A stretch of 64,000 nt of DNA from Scyliorhinus canicula (taxonomy: Eukaryota). The stretch covers positions 124,001 through 188,000 of the forward strand of contig NW_024055427.1 in assembly GCF_902713615.1 (NCBI RefSeq), in the 5' to 3' direction. The position numbers were made by a program, and so were the translations under genes. Shown here in pieces: positions 56,654 through 64,000 of this stretch. Numbering within the stretch: the first letter of the stretch is position 1; each line of letters starts with the position of its first letter. A model generated the notes under the pieces. That model did not search any database. It was given only the letters and a program-made list of their open reading frames with translations, and had not been told where the DNA came from.

Positions 56654-56996
56654 TAAAGGTTCAGGTTTTAGTCTCAGATTATTGACTGTTGAAGGAATAC
56701 ATTGGGTCCGAAAGCCATTCTTCCTCTCTCACTCTTTCAGTCTTATAAAAGTCACATCTGCAAACTGTGCACACCAATAGTACTGAATGATTCACGTGGC
56801 AAATTAATGCAGGATTGCGGAGATCGTGAATTAATCTGAACCCTGGAAATGTACAGACACGCAGAACTCTGTTCAATTGTGAAATTCCATGCATTGCTCC
56901 GTCTGAAACCGTGATCTATTTCTGTCAGTGTGTTTCAGTCAACCTCGCTTAGATATATGTCTTCCTATTTCTATGTTTCTATGTCTTCCTTACGTC

Positions 56997-58370
56997 AGTG
57001 GTAGAGAAATTACTGGAGATAATTCTTCGAGACAGGATCTATCCCATTTGGAAGCATATGGACAGTATTAGTGAGAGGCAGCATGATTTTGTGAAGGGGA
57101 TGGTCGTGTCTCACGAACTTGACAGAGTTTTTCGAAGACAGTCACTAAAAATGATTGATGCAGGTCGGGCAGTGGATGTTGTCTATATGGGCTTCAGTAA
57201 GGCCTTTGACAAGGACCCTCATGGTGGACTGGTACAAAAGGTGAAGTCACACGGGATCAGGGGGGAGTTGGCAAGGTGGATACAGAAATGGCTAGGTCAC
57301 AGAAGGCAGAGAGTAGCAATGGAAGGGTGCTTTTCTAATTGGAGGGCTGTGGCTAGTGGTGTTCCGCAGGGATCAGTGCTGGGATCCTTTGCTGTTCATA
57401 GTATATATAAATGATTGGAGGAGAAACTGTAACTGGTCTGATTAGTAAGTTTGCAGACGACACAAGCTTGGTGGAATTGCGGATAGCGATGAGGGCTGTC
57501 AGAGGATACAGCAGGATTTAGATCGTTTGGAGACTTGGGCGGAGAGATGGCAGATGGAGCTTAATCCGGACAAATGTGAGGTATGCATTTTGGAAGGTCT
57601 AATGCAGGTAGGGAATGTACTGTGAATGATAGAACCCTCAAGAGTATTGACAGTCAGAGAGATCGAGGAGGTGGATAGGTCCACTGGTCACGGAAGGGGC
57701 AATACAGGTGGAGAAGGTAGTCAAGAAGGCACACGGCATGCTTTCCTTCATTGGCCGGGGCATTGAGTATAAGAATTGGCAAGTCATGTTGCAGCTGTAT
57801 AGACCTTTAGTTAGGCCACACTTTGAGTATAGTGTTCAATTCTAGTCGCCACACTATCAGAAGGATGTTGAGCTTGAGAGAGGGTGCAGAAGAGATTTAC
57901 CAAGATGTTGCCTGGTATGGAGGGCATTTAGCTATGAGGAGCGGTGGAATAAACTCGATTTGTTCTCACTGGAACGACGGAGGTTGAGGGGTGACCTGAT
58001 AGAGGTCTACACAATTATGATTGGCATATACAGAGTGGATAGTCAGAAGCTTTTCCCCAGGGAAGAGGGGTCAATTACTAGGGGGCATAGTTTTAAGGTG
58101 CGAGGAGCAAGGTTTAGAGTAGATGTACGAGGCAAGTTTTTACACAGAGGGTAGTGGGTGACTGGAACCCGGTGCTGGAGTTGGTGGTGGAAGCAGGGAC
58201 GATAGTGACATTTAAGGGGCATCTTGATAAATACATGAACAGGATGGGAATAGAGGGATACAGACCCAGGAAGTGTAGAAGATTGCAGTTTTGTCAGGCA
58301 GCATGGTCGCATGGGCTTGGAGGGCCGAAGGCCTGTTCCTGTGCTGTACTTTTCTTTGTTCTGTGTTATT
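56997..58370 (+). mobile_element. CR1 LINE, 5'-truncated and degenerate RT region
   Basis: VDVVYMGFSKAFDK, GVPQGSVLG, KFADDT, LFSLERRRLRGDLIEV. Confidence 0.88.
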
Positions 58371-58499
58371 ATCTAGGCATTGGTATTTAGAATAATGAAG
58401 AGGTAACCTTATTGAAATACATAATGTATTGAGGGTACATGTTGCGGTTAATACACGGGGAGGTTTCCTTGCGCGAGAAGACTCAACTAGGGGCACAGT

Positions 58500-58945
58500 T
58501 AAGAACATAAGAACATAAGAACATAAGAACTAGGAGCAGGAGTAGGCCATCTGGCCCCTCGAGCCTGCTCCGCCATTCAATTAGATCATGGCTGATCTTT
58601 TGTGGACTCAGCTCCACTTTCCGGCCCGAACACCATAACCCTTAATCCCTTTTTTCTTCAAAAAACTATCTATCTTTACCTTAAAAACATGTAATGAAGG
58701 AGCCTCAACTGCTTCACTGGGCAAGGAATTCCATAGATTCACAACCCTTTGGGTGAAGAAGTTCCTCCTAAACTCAGTCCTAATCTACTTCCCCTTATTT
58801 TGAGGCTATGCCCCCTAGTTCTGCTGTACCCGCCAGTGGAAACAACCTGCCCGCATCTATCCTATCTATTCCCTTCATAATTTTAAATGTTTCTATAAGA
58901 TCCCCCTCATCCTTCTAAATTCCAACGAGTACAGTCCCAGTCTAC
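58500..58945 (-). mobile_element. CR1-type LINE 3' end with (ATGTTCTT)n tail
   Basis: aagaacat x3 at 58501-58528 followed by typical CR1 3'UTR-like sequence. Confidence 0.6.
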
Positions 58946-59584
58946 GGGTAAGAATAAGTATTCTACATTTTAAATAGGAATTAGGCCATTTTGTTCTCTC
59001 ATGCGGTCATTATTCTGCGGAAATCTCCTATTTCACCCCAAGACAGTAATGAAATGAAATGAAAATCGCCTATTGTCGCGAGTAGGCTTCAATGAAGTTA
59101 TTGTGAAAAGCCCCTAGTCGCCACATTCCGGCGCCTGTCCGGGGAGGCTGGTCCGGGAATCGAACCGTGCTGGCCTGCTTGGTCTGCTTTAAAAGCCAGC
59201 GATTTAGCCCAGTGAGCTAAACCAGACAATGGAAGCTGTGTCTTTAAATTTATTCAAGGCTGAGTTGGATAGATTGTTGATAGTTCAGGGAACCACGGGT
59301 GCTGGCTGGGGTGGGGGCAGGATTACAGACAGGAAGATGGAATTGAGACCACAATCAGATATACGAAGAGTAGGTTGACTGGCGGAGTAGGCTAAATGGC
59401 CAGATAGCCCACAATTGCTTGCAAACCATTTGATTATATGCCAGAATTAATTGCATTCTTGGTGGCCTGTCCCTCAAAGGGATGTTATTTAGAGAAAGGT
59501 GTATCTCAATTTCTCTGCCTCGGGGTAATATCCGTCTGTTGACTGAAATATGCCAGCCTCTGACCTGCATGGATGTGCTGCCGC

Positions 59585-62500
59585 AGGCACGATGGCACAA
59601 TGATTAGTCCAGCTCCTTGACAGTGTCAGGGTCCCGGGTTCAATTCTGACCTTGGATGACTGTTTGTATGGAGTTTCCACTTTCCCCTGTTTCTGTCTGG
59701 CCTTTCTGCGGCTGCCCACAGTCCAAAGTTGTGCAGGTTGGGTGTACTGTCCGCCTTGTGTAAGGTTATGGGGATGGGGTGGGACAGTGGACCTGGGCGG
59801 AGCTCTCTTTCAGATGGTCGGTGGAGATTCACATGTTCTGGTGGAATTTGTTTTAATTCCCGATCCATTATCTGCCTTTTATTCTCCATTTTTTCTTTTC
59901 TTCATACTCACCTTGATACTTCCACTCTTTCTGTTCCCACTGCTTGATAATATTTGAGAATCTAAATGCTCAACAACTGCTCACTGCGTCAGCTGTGGAG
60001 GAAACACAAATATATTGGAAAAACATGCAGGATCTTTCACTGTCCATAGTATTTCAATAGCTCCCAGTGTTTCCCTTGCTATCTCTTTCCCCTTTGTTCT
60101 CTCCTTCCCTCGCTCGCCTTGTTTTAATCGCGCCATCTCACATTCTGTGTTTCCCTGTCTCTACCAATGGTCTGCATCCTCTATGTTATTCTATCTGCTT
60201 GTTCGTTCTATGTATCTCTTTAATATTTCTCTTAAGTTGCCTGTGCATCCCTTTTCATTGCTCTGTCATTCTTTCCCTGCATCACGCTGTCTTTATTCAT
60301 TGCTTGTTAATTTATAACATCTTGCCCGACTTTCGAGGGCCAGGATTCCAGCTGTTACCTTATATGGCAACAGGTTACGTGCGAGCAACGCCATCGATGG
60401 ATAGCGGTGTCACGTCAGCGGTCACCTTCCGATCCAGTGGGTTTTGGAACCCCCCTCCCGCTGCCTCATTGGCCGAAAGCCAGAGATGTTTCTGCAAAAG
60501 CGCGCAAAGGGAGATCAATATAGACACCCAAGACCCGTGCCAATGAAGACTCGCGCGTGGTGGTGATCTTGACCATTCTGAAGTCGCACCAGAGGGTCAG
60601 AGAATCCCGTGAGTGCAGAGGAGGCCATTTCGCCTATCGATCCTCACCAAACATTTGAAATAGCACCTTACTGGGACCGCAGTTCCCTTCAACCCACCTA
60701 ACAATTGGAGAGAAAGGGACAATTTAGCATGGCCAGTCATGCCTCATCAAGAAAGACATCTGGGTAAAACGTTTCATTAATACACTGGTCAGAGTGTCTG
60801 AGATTTTACAGATACAACAGCCCATTGCAATGCCCGCTCTCCGCTCAGCCACGTCTGCAATATTCGCACCAATGGCCAGTCCACCTAATCTGCAAATATT
60901 TTGACTGTGGCGGGAACCGGAAAACCCGGAGAAAACCCACTCAAACTTGGGGAAAATGCGCAAACTCCACACAGACAGGCACCGAATGGAATTGAACCCA
61001 GGTCCCTAGCGCTCTGAAGCAGCAGTTGCTATCCACTGTGCCAGCGCGCCATCCCTGTGCCATTATGCTAAAGGAAGGTCGTCCACCTTTGTGACGACAG
61101 CCCTGAAGAACATGAAACTCAGAGAATCGGAGCCGCAGCTTGATCAGGTTTATCAGCACGAGTAGTATCACGAATCTGCGGAATCTTTATAGTGATTGTA
61201 ATTGGAATTTTAAGGGTTATATATTGAATAAAGATACATCGAAACATTCATAGAAAGCAGAAGCAGGAGAAGACCATTTGACCTTCGAGCATACTCCACC
61301 ATTGATTATGATCATTGCCGATCATCACGTTCAGTACCGTTATCCCGCCCCCGCCCATATCTCGTGACCCATTAAGCCCCAAGAGTTACAGCTAATTGCT
61401 TCTTGAAATTACAAAACGTTTTGGCCTCAACTACTTTCTGTGGCAGTAAATTCCACAGATTCACCACTCTCCGGATGAGAAAACATCGCCTCACCTCAGA
61501 CCCACAAGATTTATTCCTTATCCTCAGTCTATGCCCGCTAGTCCTGGACTCCCCCACCATCGGGAACAATCTTTCTGAATCTACCCTGTCTATTCATGTT
61601 TGAATTTTGTACGGTTCTGTGAGATTCCCTCTTACTCTTCAAACTTGGTTTGATTTTATAGTTGGTTTGTGCTTTTTTCGCCTCATGAAGAAAGACATCT
61701 GGGTAAAACGTTTCATTAATACACTGGTCAGAGTGTCTGAGATTTTACAGATACAAACAGATACTTGCTTATCAATGCCCGCTCTCCGCTCAGCCACGTC
61801 TGTAATATTCGCACCAATCTGCACTTTCTGTCCACCCATCTTCCTTCCCTGCTTATTCACCTCCACTTTCTATTACCCCACACAGACACTGCTGAAGAAA
61901 TTCTCACTCATTCCGCTCCTGAAGCATGATCCACCTCTTTTCTCTTCCATTGGTCGTCACATTCTCACACCTGCACAGCCCCTGAAAGAACGCCCACCTT
62001 CCACTTCTTCTCGATTGCTTTCTTCTGCACGAATGTTATGATTTGCCTGACGCATAGACTGCGCATTGACGGGGAATGTCAGAGCAAATTCACAGATGGA
62101 CTTGATTCTGGTGTGGACAATCGGAATTAATACAAGCACGAAATTCGAAATTTCAGGCTGTCTTCCACTCAACTGCAAAAATGTGCAAACAGCTGATGGG
62201 TTCGGGACATTTTATAGCTGCAGTTGGTACAATGACTCAGCGAATCCATCACATGAGAACCTCAGGTTCCTCCCATCTTGGATCTGGTTGTTGATGTCAG
62301 ACTAAAATTAATTATTCGTCGGAAAGTTGTCCACTCACCCGGGAACCCACGTTCAAATCCGGATGAAGAAAAAGCGGGTTGAGTTCCACTAACTCTCCCG
62401 CTTGACTGGTAACAATAATAATCTTTATTATTCGTACAAATCGGCTGACATTAACACTGAAATTATGTTTCGATGAAAATTCCCTAGTCGCCACACTCCG

Positions 62501-62700
62501 GCTCCTTTCCGGGTACACAGAAGGAGAATTCAAAATGCCAAATTCACGGAACAGCATGGCTTTGGATATGTGGGAGGAAACTGGAGTAACCCCACGCAGA
62601 CAATGTGCAGACTCCACACCAACAGTGACCCAAGTGGGGGATCGAACCTGGGACTAAGAGCTGTGAAGCATCAGTACTAACCACTATGCTACTATGCTTT
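59585..62700. mobile_element. Degenerate SINEs (59585-59790 +, 60880-61055 -, 62410-62700 -) and a CR1 fragment (61240-61680 -)
   Basis: SINE A/B-box-like heads. ORF 61372..61569 (GESRTSGHRLRI...RVVNLWNLLP). Confidence 0.55.
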
Positions 62701-64000
62701 GGGCAGAGGCCAGACTGCACCCTGTGGGCTCTGAGGTCACTAAGATTCTGGTCATCACTCACCTTCGACATTTTAACGTTTTACAGGTAATTCAGTAAAT
62801 CAGCGGCCATTGAAAGCTGTTTCCAATATGGACGCAGCAGCTAATCCGTTTGCACGATTCAAAACTCACCGTACATAAATCAGGTTTTAGTCCACACTGA
62901 ACGTTCCATGCACGATGATGATGCTCAGAGTTTTCCTAGTCCATATAAACTCCACACAGAGGCATGTTTCTATTCAAAAGCAGACATTTCACCCTTGCGA
63001 TATTCTTCGTTATTCGCTCAGAGGCCAGGTAAGAACAAAGGATTCCTCTCCCTAAATTGCATCAGTAAACCAGATCAGTATTTACAACACTTAGACTAGA
63101 TAGGTGCTGACACGATGGGCTGCAGGGCCTCTTTCCGTGCTGTAAAATCATTGTGACTCCATGTGTGTCGCTCAAAGAGGAATTTCGTGGGCTGATCTTC
63201 CCATCCACCTGTTACCTTCGTCCTTCTGGATGCAAATCAGGAAGGTGCTGTCAGTGACTATTCGTCAGTTACTGCAATACATTTTATAGCTGGTACACAC
63301 TGCAGCCACTGTCCGTTAGTGGTGGAGGATGTGAATATTCAAGCTTGAGTGGCGGGGGGGGGGGGGGGGTGGGGGGGTGAGCTGACAATCAAGAGTGTTC
63401 TTTTATCATCGGTGGCGTTGAGCTTCGTCAAATTTGTTGGAAGTGCAATCGTCCAGACAAGGATGGAGTATTCCATTACATTCCTGTCTTGTGCCTTGTA
63501 ATTGGAGACAGGCTTTGCAAGGGCAGTTGGTGGGTTGCTCACCGCAGAGTTCCCAGCCTCTAGCCGACCAAGCCGCCACATTACTAGCATAAATGGATCA
63601 ATTCAATTATGAGAAATTTGTACATTGCCTGTTTATCTGTTCTCTGACATACCCAGCTTTATAAACAAAGTATTTTAGCTTTACTTAAGAAGAGATACCC
63701 ACCAGAGGCCCATCAAAGATATAGGGCACGTGTTGTGTGTTCCTGAGTCACTATATCTACAGCACAACGATTCGGGATAGTTCCTGTAGTCTGTACGTAA
63801 ATTAATGTGATGAAGGCTTTAAAAAAAGTGACAAGCAGACCTGGAAAATTAAACACTTCAGTCTGTAATGCAGAAACTGTTGAGTAAATTATAGAATTTA
63901 CTGCGCAGAAGGAGGCCATTCGGCCCATCAAGTATGCACCGAGCCTGGGAAAGTGCACCCAACTTAAACGCACCTCTCCACCCTTCCCCACCTAACCGTT

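Noticed and set aside
62320-62370. B-box-like gttcaaatcc suggesting a tRNA
   Set aside because: No cloverleaf or A-box could be built.
1-64000. TCR D or J segments, IgH-like V or NAR-TCR V domains
   Set aside because: The CACAGTG/CACTGTG hits I checked (e.g. 16544, 33127, 51293, 51333, 52316) lack a nonamer at 12 or 23 nt. No FGxG J motif or clear IgH-type V was found.

Overview
Vertebrate genomic DNA, not prokaryotic. The SINE/LINE families and antigen-receptor genes point to a cartilaginous fish, probably a catshark-like shark; the species call is an inference. The window is part of a T-cell receptor alpha/delta-type V-segment array. It has three intact-looking leader+V+RSS genes (14.8, 17.2 and 32.5 kb), at least six V pseudogenes or remnants in both orientations, and orphan leaders. 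These are interleaved with a repeatedly duplicated and inverted tRNA cluster (Asn, Pro, Val, Arg, His, Thr). The centre holds a very young 12.1-kb LTR element (19915-32036, minus strand; 966-bp LTRs in which I found only 2 differences by eye; 4-bp TSD). Its Pol is retrovirus-grade: foamy-like RT, degenerate tether RNase H plus a second intact RNase H. It has an in-frame gag UGA-CGG stop before pro-pol, no recognisable env, a small intact type-I membrane ORF in the env position, and a nested 5'-truncated L1. Other notable items: an intron-containing tRNA-Pro(TGG) family, a TSD-flanked pre-tRNA-Pro/SINE chimeric retrocopy, Penelope-type inverted repeats carrying minimal hammerhead ribozymes, RSSs with 24-nt spacers, CTCF-like motifs tied to V genes, and a frameshifted P2Y-like GPCR. 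All alignments and family assignments were made by eye without database searches.
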